A DNA stretch of 64,000 bases from Octopus sinensis. Its lineage: Eukaryota. A model generated the notes under the pieces. That model ran no database searches. It was not told the DNA's origin and saw only the letters and a program-made list of their open reading frames with translations. The DNA lies in NCBI RefSeq assembly GCF_006345805.1, contig NC_043001.1, forward strand, positions 128,340,001 to 128,404,000. The letters are read 5' to 3'. Shown piece by piece: positions 12,905-25,351 of this stretch. A program made the translations under genes and the position numbers. Position 1 is the first letter of the stretch. Each line of letters opens with the position of its first letter.

Positions 12905-13572
12905 GTGCAAATTTTAAATAACCTTAAAGATTCTAATACCTGCCTCAAATCCAAATGTGAAATTTTTATAAGATGCCTTCACAGGAGTAATACATGCTAG
13001 TCAAGTGAAAAGTTTAGCCTTTGGATTGAAAACTACTTTCAGGAACAATTTTGCTGTATCAAACACCTTTCCATAAATTCCGTCTTCACTTGCCCTTTTT
13101 TTCTCTCTCTCTCTTTTTTTACCCTGAATATATTGCCTACTTTTCTGCAATATTTTTCTTCTTTTTCTTCGTTTCTCTTCTATTTTATTTTTAACTCTTT
13201 GAGTCCCCTCATTTTCTGCCCTATAATGTCATTCTAAAAATAGACAGTCCCATCTTTGGAATCTCAAAGCTATGTGATAATGCTTGATTAATTCAAAACA
13301 ATATGAATATGTTGCTGGTTGCTTGTCACTTGTATTGGGCTGGTTAATGAAGAAAGATATTCTTGACTGCATGAGCGATAAGCAAAAAGGGCTTGCAAAC
13401 ATTTAACTGAATATTTATTGTCATACATAAAGATATTGATGTTGGTTATTTACAATGAACATAAATATTTGCTGACTGGGAGAGAGAGAGAGATAAACTG
13501 CGTTGTGTCATTAGAAGTCACTTATGAGACATTGTGTGAATGTTCGATTTGCTGTCTGAGAACCTGGAGTTA

Positions 13573-13690
13573 ATCATCATCATCATCATCATTATTTAAC
13601 ATCCGTTTTCCATGCTGGCATGGGTTGGACTGTTTGATAGGAGCTGACCAACTGACAGGCTGCCAAGTCTCCGTGTCTGTTTTGGCATGG
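13573..13690 (-). mobile_element. RTE-type 3' end fragment (family B) with (GAT)n tail
   Basis: catcatcat..tttaacatccgttttccatgctggcatgggttggac, matching 28113 and 49680. Confidence 0.75.
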
Positions 13691-13699
13691 TTTTAAGGG

Positions 13700-14705
13700 C
13701 AGCAAATTTCTGCAGTTCTCTTCTGTCTTCTTTTTTTTCTCTGTTTTTTTTTTTGAGCTGCAAAAAGTAAACATTTTTTTCTGTGTATTTGGAGAAAAGT
13801 AAGACTGAATATATCCAGAATACAAAGCATTGATATGAAAAATGGACAGTGCTTCTACTGCAGAAATTTGCAACTTTCTTGACATAAGGCATATCTACAG
13901 TAAGCTGTGAAAAATAATTGGAGTGTTTGATGCCTCTTCCAAGTTACATTGTAACCAGCCAGTATTTCTTCAATTGTAATTTTTACTGTTCTCCAACCTA
14001 GGTAGGTCAAAAGCAAAATAACCTCATTGTTTTTCAGGGTTTTCATGGATATCTCCTTTGCTGTCTCTGCATTTTCAAATTGTGCCTCAACTGTGGCGCT
14101 TCTTGCTCCACTACCAACATAAGTAATTTTTCCCAAATTGGCACAAGACACTTTTCCACCACCTTGTTCTTCGCTGTCATAATTCTCTTTTCTTTCCTGT
14201 CATAAATTTTATAAACTACCATTCTGGCAGTTTCTGTAAAGTTTCCTGAGGGGGCAACAGTTTCATCTCATTGCCTCTTTTTAAATTAAATTTCTGAATT
14301 TGAATAGTTGCTCCTTTGTTACATCCAATTCACAAGAGTTGTCACAAACAGCAACAGAGAAACTAGGTTTTTCCTTATCTTCCTTATTATTAACTTTGTT
14401 ATTTCCTTCCATTACCAGGAAGTCCACTTCAGATTAAATTCCATTTTTACAAATGGCCTCCATCACAAATTCGAAAATAATAAATAATTTTTGTGACAAA
14501 AAAGTGACAAAAAATTAATATTTTACTGTGCAATGGATACACAAAAACAATTTTCTGCCCTGTAGGGAAATTTTTCATCGACACCATGACAACAGTTCAA
14601 ATTTCACAGGTGTTTACACATAGTAATATCAATAAAGGAAGTAACAACAAAAATACATCAACCAAAATCAACTCACAAAGCAGCAGCAGCTGAACGCAGA
14701 TGTGA
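13700..14705 (-). mobile_element. Decayed L1/Tx1-like ORF1 (gag-like) relic
   Basis: ORF 13855-14151 LGKITYVGSGARSATVEAQFENAETAK..LLLTYLGWRTVKITIEEI aligns by eye with the relic at 16330-17385. A degenerate knuckle-like segment lies near 13800-13860. Confidence 0.55.
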
Positions 14706-14818
14706 CATCCACCATTTTTCTTTATTATGATAATAAATATCTATTACAAAGGACAATACAGGACGTTACAAAAATATAAATGTGCTAAGTGAGCTTATAT
14801 TTAAAAATTTGATGAATT

Positions 14819-14918
14819 GGCATCTTGGGCAAGTGTCTTCTGCTGTAGCCCCGGGCCAACCAATGCCTTGTGAGTGGATTTGGTAGACGGAAACTGAAAG
14901 AAGCCTGTCGTATATATG

Positions 14919-14951
<33 letters not shown>

Positions 14952-15172
14952 TTGTGTGTCTGTGTTTGTCCCCCCTAGCATTGCTTGACAACCGATGCTG
15001 GTGTGTTTACGTCCCCGTCACTTAGCGGTTCGGCAAAAAGAGACCGATAGAATAATTACTGGGCTGACAAAGAATAAGTCCCGGGGTCGATTTGCTCGAC
15101 TGAAGGCGGTGCTCCAGCATGGCCGCAGTCAAATGACTGAAACAAGTAAAAGAAAAAGAAAAGAAAAAAAAT
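14819..15172 (+). mobile_element. Family A SINE, 5'-truncated, young subfamily
   Basis: Starts at CATCTTGGGCAAGTGTC and ends GAAACAAGTAAAAGAAAAAG. Confidence 0.9.
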
Positions 15173-15174
15173 AT

Positions 15175-16135
15175 TAATTAAAACTCTTCGTAAACTTATT
15201 TTCACAAAATATGGCTGGAATGCCAGCGATTTCACCTCGCTTCAACTATGGATGGAATTAAGTAAGGTCAGTTACTCCCAACTTCCACATGACATCCTTC
15301 CATCTTTTCTCATATATACTTCGCGTCAGGTGTCTCCTCTCCAGCCCTATCTTGCTCTTCAGGAGGTACCTGAAGTAGAATAGCAAACCAGTGCCGGAGA
15401 TGAAGGATCCTGTCACTATTCCTTACATTCTGGGTCTCCGAGGTGAAGCCACTGGGCTAAGCATAAGTCTTTTGTTGGCCATCTCTTGGCTAACATCTTG
15501 TATGTCCTGCAGGTATCTCGCTTTAGATTGTTCGAATAGGTCTGCTTCTATCCTTGCCAACCATACATTCGGTGGCATACCTTGTATTGGTTGTAAAATA
15601 TACGATTTTTTATGCGCAGTTATTATTCTCACTAGATCACCATTTTTCTCCTTGTACTTCACAATCCTTTCTCCTAGTGCATTTTTAAGGGGCGGGAACT
15701 GGGTTTCAACTTCGGGGTGGATTGGGGAGTTTTTTTTTGTGTGTGTTTGCGTTTTGTGTAGATGTTTTCTTTGTCAGGAGAGGGGAGTCTAGGGCATGGG
15801 CATTTTTCTTTTATGGGAAGTCACTATAGTAAATTCCATTTCCTCTTCAGCTTCCTTTTGTTGTGTGTTTTCTATGTTTTGTTTATTCCTTTCTTCCACT
15901 TTTCCCGTGATGCTTTCTGTGATGCTTTCCATCGCTTTCTTGTTACTGTCTTTTTGGGGAGGGACTTCAGCCTTTTTCTGTTGTTATTTTACTTTTTCGC
16001 AGTCCGAGCGAATGTGCCCTTTTTCTCCACATTTAAAACATCTGGGTCTACGTCCCTCGACTGATACTCTAGCGCTCAGTCCCTCCCCTATAAAAATGTG
16101 GTCTGGCCTCGATTAAAGCACGTCATTTGAGGCTT
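15175..16135 (-). mobile_element. L1/Tx1-like relic: ORF1 C-terminal half with CCHC knuckle joined to an ORF2-like C-terminal tip
   Basis: Minus ~16065-15990 reads VSVEGRRPRCFKCGEKGHIRSDCEK (CX2CX4HX4C). After the ORF1 stop at 15423 comes GLLFYFRYLLKSKIGLERRHLTRSIYEKR*KDV, resembling Tx1-type ORF2 C-termini. There is no EN or RT between them. Confidence 0.65.
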
Positions 16136-16224
16136 GAACTACCATCTCAAGTGTTTGGCCTTTCCAGTTTAGAGCCATAATTCTGGGTTGTCTTGTTTCT
16201 GTTCGTTATTACTTGTGTGCTTTT

Positions 16225-16328
16225 GCATGTCTGGTGCAGCCATCTGGTTCACCAGACCTCAGTCAAATCGTCCAACCCATGCTAGCATGGAAAGCGGACG
16301 TTAAACGATGATGATGATGATGATGATG
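16225..16328 (+). mobile_element. RTE-type 3' end fragment (family B)
   Basis: ..gtccaacccatgctagcatggaaagcggacgttaaacgatgatgatg. Confidence 0.8.
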
Positions 16329-16329
16329 T

Positions 16330-17385
16330 GTTTGAGTGTCTGCTGGTCTGAATGACTCTGTACTTGTAAGTCCTTTACTAGTGATCTTACTGGTAAATCT
16401 TCTCTGTTTCTCATCGTGGGTTGGGTTACCTCTCCCATCACTTTGTACTTCTTCAATTTCACTATTGTCGGTGACTTCCTTCTCTCTCTTTTCCTGGCTT
16501 TCACCTCTGCAAAGTTCCCTTCATGTTTTGTTTTCTGTTTCTACTGTTTCTCTACCATTATATTCTCCTGAATACTCTCCTCTACCATTTCCACTGCTAT
16601 ACTAGGGCATTTCTTTCTCACTATGGGGGTCTCCCCTCCAACATTATCTCCAGCCTTTCTTCATTTGGTAGTTCCAAAGTTTCAGGTATTTCGTCATAAT
16701 ATTCCGGGCTCACTGCACAAATTATCTCTAATCCGTAGCCCCATACTTCACTTGTTGGGTTCTGCTTATCATTCCTATCCTCACCTCTTCACTTTCTCTC
16801 CTCATCTTTGAATAAAAATCCGCCACTAATATCCACTCTGGTTCTATCAATGGTGGGATTCTTCCCACCTTAATTCTGATAATTCTTTTGTCCAAACTGT
16901 CTGGCATCAAAGTCATTTTTCTCCCAGTTGGAGGCTTTTTCTGCCTCCTCTTCTGATACAAAGGTTATCACTATCGACACATAACTCTTACCTCTCATAA
17001 AGAATGTTATGCTGTTTCCTATCTGTTCTTCCCAAATTTCTTCTATTTCTTCCTGCGACGTCTGTTCAATTCGTCTATTTTTATTCAAAAATGTTCTGAA
17101 AACGACTGTCTTCTTTTCCATTTTCATTTTTTCCTCCTCTGGCAGGGTCATTTTTATATTTGATCCTTCCTTCTCTACCATACTACAATATTTCTTTATC
17201 AGCTCTCCATTCCACTGTAACATCTCTTGTTTCAGCACTCATAGGTCTAGGGGAACTCATTCTCCAGCAGCTTCTGCATAACTTCTCGTTTTTCTCAGTT
17301 ATTCACCACCACCCAACAATGGTGGCTTCACAAAAAATTCAGCTGTCGTTCTTCCAAAAACGCAAAAAAAAAAAAGATGGGTGAC
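16330..17385 (-). mobile_element. L1/Tx1-like ORF1 relic (N-terminal RRM-like part)
   Basis: ORFs 16870-17238 and 16728-16961: KTVVFRTF..FMRGKSYVSIVITFVSEEEA / MPDSLDKRIIRIKVGRIPP, followed by a GRPP..VRKKCP knuckle remnant. Confidence 0.6.
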
Positions 17386-17589
17386 GATGGGAAGTGGTTT
17401 TCAATGCAAATATATATATACTTTTTCCAGGAGATCAGAAAGATGACTTCCTTTTGCAAATACTGATAGGGCACAGAAAGTGTGTCAATAGCCAGCTGGT
17501 GGAGGTGTCTTCCTGGGGCTACAAGCTACAGTAGCATAAACCCTTAAGGGTTAGCCATATTTAGGTGGCAAATATACTTCCCGACATAT

Positions 17590-17806
17590 ATATATAGTTA
17601 ATCCAAACATGAAAACACAAAGAGAAAATACAACAACGCAAGGACGTGGAACAAGTATAGTGTTATTGGATGCTCAGGAAAGGAAAGAAAGAAGGAGGAT
17701 TTAACATTTCGAGTGGAGCTCTTTGTTAGAAACATAGGAAAAGGAAAGATCCAAGAAAGGGAAGACGGAGGAAAAAAAATTGCCAACGATACACAAGCTG
17801 TCACAT

Positions 17807-17849
<43 letters not shown>

Positions 17850-17963
17850 TCATCATCATCATCGTTTAGGCTCCGCTTTATGATGATGATGATGATGATG
17901 ATGATATATATATATATATTCAATATGTGACAGCGTGTGTATCGTTAGCAATTTTTTTCTTCC
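17590..17963 (-). mobile_element. Penelope-like terminal repeat with decayed minimal hammerhead plus fold-back duplication
   Basis: Minus 17733-17698: GTTT-CTAACAA-A-GAGC-TCC-ACTC-GAAA-TG-TT-AAAT. 17770-17863 is inverted relative to 17881-17963. Confidence 0.6.
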
Positions 17964-17974
17964 ATATATATATG

Positions 17975-18165
17975 GGTGGCACGTAAAAAGCACCCACTAC
18001 ACTCATGGAGTGGTTGGCGTTAGGAAGGGCATCCAGCCGTAGAAACACTGCCAGATCTGACTGGGCCTGATGCGGCCTTCCGGCTTCACAGACCCCAGTT
18101 GAACTGTCCAACCCATGCTAGCATGGAAAACGGATGCTAAATGATGATGATGATGATGATGATGA
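17975..18165 (+). mobile_element. RTE-type 3' end (family B)
   Basis: ggttggcgttaggaagggcatccagc..aacccatgctagcatgg..(gat)n. Confidence 0.85.
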
Positions 18166-18723
18166 TATATATATGTATGCGTGCATGTGTGTAGAGAGAG
18201 GAGGAGGAAGGGAGCGAGAAAGAGAGTCATCTATGTCTCATACATAATGTATATACAGAGTTGGCAGGCATGATTCTGTAGTTTTTGTCTGAGACAAAAT
18301 ATCTTCATAGGCACGCTATGTTACAAACCAGTGGACATCAGAGTGAAATGAACGCTATCCTAGCAGTGGCCCACAAAAAATGCTTCTTTGAGCCTTGTCA
18401 ATGACATGTACCTGCTAGTCACATGCCTTGACAAAATTTACTCACTTCAATCTATGCTGGCTGATATATTTGAAGAGTCATCAATATTGCCTTGCACAGT
18501 TGGTGGTGTGAAATCAACAGAACATTCTGACAGTTATATGTCATAACCTGTAATATACTGCTTGATGGTATATAAAAATATAACCACTCCATTATTCATA
18601 TGAGTGTGCTTTTTTTCTGACTTATGGACAACTAACCGATTTTATGTATAATATATATGTATAATATATATATATAATATATATATAATATATATATATA
18701 TAGATAGATAGATAGATATAGAT

Positions 18724-20690
18724 ATAGATATAGATAGATAGATACAATACCATGCAAAAGTCTTTGATCACTTTAAACTATTGTAAGTTTCTACTAATTG
18801 CCAACTTAAAAATGGATGTTTCGCTTTGCGTTTTTTACAAATGAAACATTAACTCTGTTGGAGTCATTTCCATATCTAATCCTTATATTTTGTATTAGGG
18901 CTTCTGAACGAGAGGGGAAGATGCAAGACGACTACCAAAAATGACCATGCAAAAGTTTTCGGTCACCTCACATAAACCAATCAAGACAGACTGTTTTAAA
19001 ACAACAAAATGTCTATACTTTTTTACTCTTTTACTTGTTTCAGTCATTTGACTGTGGCCATGCTGGAGCACTACCTTTAGTCAAGCAAATCGACCCCAGG
19101 ACTTATTCTTTGTAAGCCTAGTACTTATTCTATCAGTCTCTTTTGCTGAACCACTAAGTTAGACGTAAACACACCAGCATTAATTGTGAAGTGATGTTGG
19201 GGGTACAAACACAGACACACAAACACACACACATGCGCACACACACACACACATATATACATATATACGACGGGCTTCTTTCAGTTTCCATCTACCAAAT
19301 CCACTCACAAGGCTTTGGTCGGCCCAAGGCTATAGTAGAAGACACTTGCCCAAGGTGCCACGCATTGGTACTGAACCCGGAACCATGTGGTTTGTAAGCA
19401 AGCTACTTACCACACAGCCACTCCTACGCCTATAATGAAAATTTATTACATGATGTTCATTTCAAGGAGTTACTGTACATTGTTAGCTTGAGTAATTGCT
19501 TCAGTGTGTCTGGGAAGAGATGCATACAAATTCTTCACCATCTTCACAGGTATAAGATGCCATTCTCTGTGACTGAGCTCCCACAACTCTTCAAGAATGC
19601 GTGTATTCTTCTGACAAACACTTCTCTTTAGTTCTGTCCACATTTGCTTGATGATATTTAAGTCAGAGCTCTGAGCTTGCTAATCTTTCAATACGGTAAC
19701 ACCTTCATCGGCCAGACTCTGCTGTGTTGCACACAGTCTGTTACATGGAGCTCCATCATGTTGAAAAATCTCACCTTCACCCAAATCTGGTATCAAGTTG
19801 TCCTTCAGCAACTGGATTTATTTGGCACTATTCAAGATGCCATCAATTTTAATCAACTTTCTTAAACCATCACTTTTCATGTATCCCCAAAGCATTAGAC
19901 TCTTACCCCCAAACTTCACCATTTTCATCATGTAATGTGGATTGTTTCACTTTCTAATAAGCAAGAATTTGTCAGAAGGCCTCCAGAAAAGTGAAATGAT
20001 CCATGTTACATGATGAAAGCAGTGAATAGTGCCAAATACATCCAGTTGCTGAAAGACAATTTAATACCAGACTTGGGTGAAGGTGAGATTTTTCAGCGTG
20101 ATGCCACAGATCACTTGCAACACAACAGAGTCTGGCTGATGAAGGTGTTACCATATTGAAAGATTGGCCAGTTCAGAGCCCTGTCTTAGGTATCATCGAG
20201 CAAATGTGGACAGAACTGAACAGAAGAGTTTGGCAGAAAAATCCACGCATTCTCGAAGAATGGTGTGGATGCCTCTGATGAGAACTCAATAAGGTTCATA
20301 AATCGATTAAGGTTGTTCATTGTCTTTTCTGTCTCCAGAGAAATGGCTAAAATTTGCTCTGTTTATAATTATATCATATGTTACATATTTATTATGTCAT
20401 ACCTTGATACTGTGTGGAATAAGATCCCCGTTGACAGGCTGGTATTTATAGAGTCTTAAACACTTTTGGTATGCAAATTAGGGACTCTGTCATGGAGTAA
20501 CTGCTGCATTTGTTGAGTATATAAACAGTTTGGCTGCTTATTTCTCTGGAGACTGTCAGAATGGCGTGGATGCCTCTGATGGGAACCCAATGGTTGTTCA
20601 GTGTTTTTTCCAGTCTGCAGAGAAATGGATAAAATTTCTCCTGTTTATAATTATACCATATGTTATACATGTATATATATGTGTATATAT
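18724..20690. mobile_element. Rearranged Tc1-like transposon relic interrupted by a SINE
   Basis: TIR-like tacaataccatgcaaaag at 18724 (repeated near 18945). Minus 19960-19500 encodes VKFGGKSLMLWG..NSAKYIQLLKDNL..IFQHDGAPC..AQSSDLNII (DD34E C-terminus). An inverted second copy lies at ~20020-20270. Confidence 0.7.
19021..19434 (-). mobile_element. Family A SINE, full length
   Basis: Complete head-body-microsatellite-tail layout. Confidence 0.9.
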
Positions 20691-20715
20691 ATATATTATA
20701 TAATATATATATATG

Positions 20716-21911
20716 TAGGTCCCGGTTGATTCGGGGTTAACCACAGTAAATAAGGTTACTCAATACATAGCAGAGTAAAATTAATTTATTATATAGAAGG
20801 AGCTTCTACAGGACTAGAACTGGTTTCATTCAAGAGAAATCTTCAGGAAGCTAGTTAACAAGAATTGTATTGGCATTTATACATTTAGGCAGGTTTAACG
20901 GGGTGTTGGTGGGGGACTTTTTTGGGGATAGGCATAGCGCAAAATATCATATTTGGGGGAGTGGTCAAGGAGTCAGTGTTAAATTAGATAGAAGAATAAA
21001 TTTAAAAAAAATAGAAAAATAAAAAAATATAATATAAAATAAAATAAAAAAATAAAAAAATAAAAAAATAAAAAAGTAAAAAAACCTATATATAAAAACC
21101 TATATATAAAAAAAAACCCTATATATAAAAAAAAAAAAGGGGGAATAGAGTTTTAGGTAAATAAGGAGATTCTCACTTATACCTATGCACACATGTATAC
21201 ATACACACACATACAAACATATATACATATACATACACACATACATACACACACATATATATACATATATATACACTTACACATACACATCATATACATA
21301 TCTACACATACACATATATGTATACATACACACACTCACATGTGTGTATACGTGTATGCATGTGAGTGTGTGTATGTATACATATTGTGTATGTGTAGAT
21401 ATGTATATGTATGTGTATGTGGAAGTGTATATATATGTATATATATGTGTGTGTATGTATGTGTGTATGTATATGTATATATGTTTGTATGTGTGTGTAT
21501 GTATGTATACATGTGTGCATAGGTATAAGTGAGAATCTCCTTATTTACCTAAAACTCTATTCCCCCTTTTTTTTTTTTTATATATAGGGTTTTTTTTATA
21601 TATAGGTTTTTATATATAGGTTTTTTTACATTTTAATTTTTTAATTTTTTTATTTTTTTATTTTATTTTATATTATATTTTTTTATTTTTTATTTTTTTT
21701 TATTTATTCTTCTATCTAATTTAACACTGACTCCTTGACCACTCCCCCAAGTATGATATTTTGCGCTATGCCTATCCCCCAAAAAGTCCCCCACCAACAC
21801 CCCGTTAACCTGCCTAAATGTATAAATGCCAATACAATTCTTGTTAACTAGCTTCCTGAAGATTTCTCTTGAATGAAACAGTTCTAGTCCCGTAGAAGCT
21901 CCTTCTATATA

Positions 21912-21917
<6 letters not shown>
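20716..21917. repeat. ~1.1-kb palindrome of a Penelope-like terminal repeat
   Basis: 20784-21200 and 21510-21917 are near-perfect reverse complements around complementary CA/TG microsatellite. Each arm carries CTGAAGA-TTTCTCTTGAAT-GAAAC pointing outward. Confidence 0.85.
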
Positions 21918-21962
<45 letters not shown>

Positions 21963-21966
<4 letters not shown>

Positions 21967-22365
21967 GGAGCTTGCTTCCTAGCTATATGGTTTCGGGTTC
22001 AGTCCCACTGCATGGCACTTTGGGTAGGTGTCTTCTGCTATAGCCCCGGGCCGACCAATGCCTTGTGAGTGGATTTGGTAGACGGAAACTGAAAGAAGCC
22101 CGTCGTATATATGTATATATATATGTATGTGTGTGTGTGTGTGTTTGTGTGTCTGTGTTTGTCCCCATAGCATTGCTTGACAACCGATGCTGGTGTGTTT
22201 ACGTCCCCGTCACTTAGCAGTTTGGCAAAAAGAGACCGATAGAATAAGTACTGGGCTTACAAAGAATAAGTCCCGGGGTCGATTTGCTCGACTAAAGGCG
22301 GTGCTCCAGCATGGCCGCAGTCAAATGACTGAAACAAGTAAAAGAAAGAAAGAAAGAAAGAAAGT
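21963..22365 (+). mobile_element. Family A SINE, young subfamily
   Basis: Head slightly truncated; ends AAGTAAAAGAAAGAAAG. Confidence 0.9.
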
Positions 22366-22389
22366 ATAAGCATGTCATCTTATGCACAT

Positions 22390-22437
<48 letters not shown>

Positions 22438-22659
22438 ATACATGTATTCACACAAATATGTATTAAGTATTCACACTGTATCACAAATATTCACTTGCAA
22501 AAACACATTTAGAAATAGACACTCTCGAGCCCAGAATCACACACAAGATCACATCTAAAATTGACATTCACTACACACACACATACATATATGTACATGC
22601 GCACATGCAAGAATACACATACTTCCACACATTTAAAGAATTGTGTATTCCCATTGATG

Positions 22660-22810
22660 TGGTCTAGTAGCTAGGGCATTGCTCTCATGATCGTAAGATT
22701 ATGGTTTCAATTCCTGGACTGGGCAGTGCATTGTGTTCTTGAGCAAAAAAACTTCATCTCATGTTGATCCAGTCCACTGAGCCACAAATAAGTAGCCCTG
22801 TGATCTCGGT
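22660..22810 (+). mobile_element. Old tRNA-derived SINE 5' part
   Basis: gtggtctagtagctagg (A-box-like), ggtttcaattcc (B-box-like), then ttgtgttcttgagcaa body. Confidence 0.5.
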
Positions 22811-23173
22811 CACTCAATGTCATGGATATTGAGTGACCAGTGCCATGACTCCGAAGACATGAGACAGTATTGCCAGCATTCCCAATTATTTCCAATCACA
22901 GAATTAAAAAGTTGTATATTCCCAATTATCTACACACATACTCCTACATTAAGAGACATTCTGATATATAGCACTGAATGCTTATACATGCACATACACA
23001 CACAAGCACTTCGTATATACATATATAGATAAGCATCCATAGATGCAATGTCGGATAAAGACAGATGCAATCATGCATGTATGACACATACACATTCACA
23101 CACTGATATACATATGTATACACACATATGCATATGCATGCATTTATGTGTATGTATATGAATTGGAGAGTGT

Positions 23174-23586
23174 ATGTATATATACTCTCTCTTTACTCTT
23201 TTACTTGTTTCAGTCATTTGACTGTGGTCATGCTGGAGCACCGCCTTTAATCGAGCAACTCGACCCCGGGACTTATTCTTTTGTAAGCCCAGTACTTATT
23301 CTATCGGTCTCTTTTGCCGAACCGCTAGGTAATGGGGACATAAACACACCAGCATCGGTTGTCAAGCAATGCTAGGGAGACAAACACAGACACACAAACA
23401 CACACACACATATATATTACATATATACGACGGCTTCTTCAGTTTCCGTCTACCAAATCCACTCACAAGGCTTGGTCGGCCCGAGGCTATAGTAGAAGAC
23501 ACTTGCCCAAGGTGCCACGCAGTGGGACTGAACCAGGACCATGTGGTTGGTAAACAAGCTACTTACCACACAGCCACTCCTGCGCC

Positions 23587-23590
<4 letters not shown>
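23174..23590 (-). mobile_element. Family A SINE, full length, in (TA)n
   Basis: Complete layout with TA repeats on both flanks. Confidence 0.9.
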
Positions 23591-23632
<42 letters not shown>

Positions 23633-24036
23633 GATCTTATATCTGAATCTGTGCTTAAGTGAAGTGTATGTATATACATTGGAGTTTAGGTCTGTATATA
23701 AACACATGTATGCATACACATTTACACATACAAAGACACACATTCATATAACATATACACATACATAAAACATATGCACGTTCATACATACACACATACA
23801 TAAATTCTCACACACGCATACATAAATTACACACACTCACACACATGGCAATAAGCAAACAGTTTTCTTTAGATTATGGCTTTCTAGGTTTAACTTCGTT
23901 TGCTCCAGAAGAATTCATATTGATGGCTGCAAACATTTGAAATGAAAATCATTCAAAACATCCATTTTCTTGCATTCTTCTTCTTCTTCTTCTTCTTCTT
24001 CTTCTTTCTTTCTTTCTCTCTTTCTCTCTTTCTTCT

Positions 24037-24136
24037 NNNNNNNNNNNNNNNNNNNNNNNNNNNNNNNNNNNNNNNNNNNNNNNNNNNNNNNNNNNNNNNN
24101 NNNNNNNNNNNNNNNNNNNNNNNNNNNNNNNNNNNN
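24037..24136. other. Assembly gap (100 N)
   Basis: Exactly 100 Ns between a CTT/CT tract and a TG tract. Confidence 0.99.
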
Positions 24137-24836
24137 TTGTGTGTATGTGTGTGTACCTGAGTATATAAATGTGTGTTCGTACACATGTATTCATGTAGGC
24201 ATGGACATTTATCAATATAAGTAACATCTATAATTTAAAAGTACATCGTCTTATTTCACACCAGAATCTGTTGTCTTCCCATAATCATTGCCAAATATTC
24301 AACTGTCTGGCACCAAATATTATTGATTATACACTATTGTGCTTTGTAAATTGTTTGCAATCGTTATTTGTATTTATTATTAACTCATGGAACCATGATA
24401 TTAAAATCTTTCTTTGAAATTCACTTCTATGCACACACACGCACACGCTAATACATACACACGCACACACATACACACACACACACACACATGTATGTAT
24501 TTGTATATATATATGTAAACACATATGTATACATACATACTTATACTTTATTTGATGGCATAAAAGGTGCATGGGCATATTTGATGCACCCCAATTTCAG
24601 GGGGGGGAAAAATGTCCTTAGTGCATTAAAGCATGTAATATACACCCAGTTTTGCATATAGAACTCAGGGTGACTTTTTAAGACATCATTTTGAGGGGAA
24701 AAAACATACATCATATATGCCATCAAATATGCGTGTGTGCTTTTGTATATATGATACCCTAATTGAATTGGTATATGTATATGTATATGTCTATATATGT
24801 GTATATCTATATATATATGTCTGCTTGTTTAAAACC

Positions 24837-24885
<49 letters not shown>

Positions 24886-25270
24886 CATACATATATATAT
24901 ATATATATATATTTTATAATATATATATATATATATAATATATATATATATAATATATATACATACAAATAAGAAAATGGAGGAACAGCGTCTTTCAATC
25001 ATTGACTTACAGATAATACCAATTCAAATAATATGAATTGGTATTATCTGTAAGTGATGATGTAAGGAATCTATTCCTCCGTTTTCTTATTTTGTATTAT
25101 GATTTTGAGGTAAAATATTTTACCTTCGCCCATCTAATACAATAAATGAATTAATTGCATTGCAATTGTAATCATTTATGTATTTGCCTTTAGGGTACTT
25201 CACTAGCAGTATGTTGGATAACTGATATCCCATAGTGGGTTACACTCATAACCCCTATCTCACTTTGTAC

Positions 25271-25307
<37 letters not shown>

Positions 25308-25351
25308 AATAATATATATATATATATATATTGTGTGTGTATATATATAGG

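Noticed and set aside
24262-24342. 81-nt exon candidate with a good acceptor
   Set aside because: Two frames are equally open, the donor is weak, and there is no homology; too ambiguous to list.
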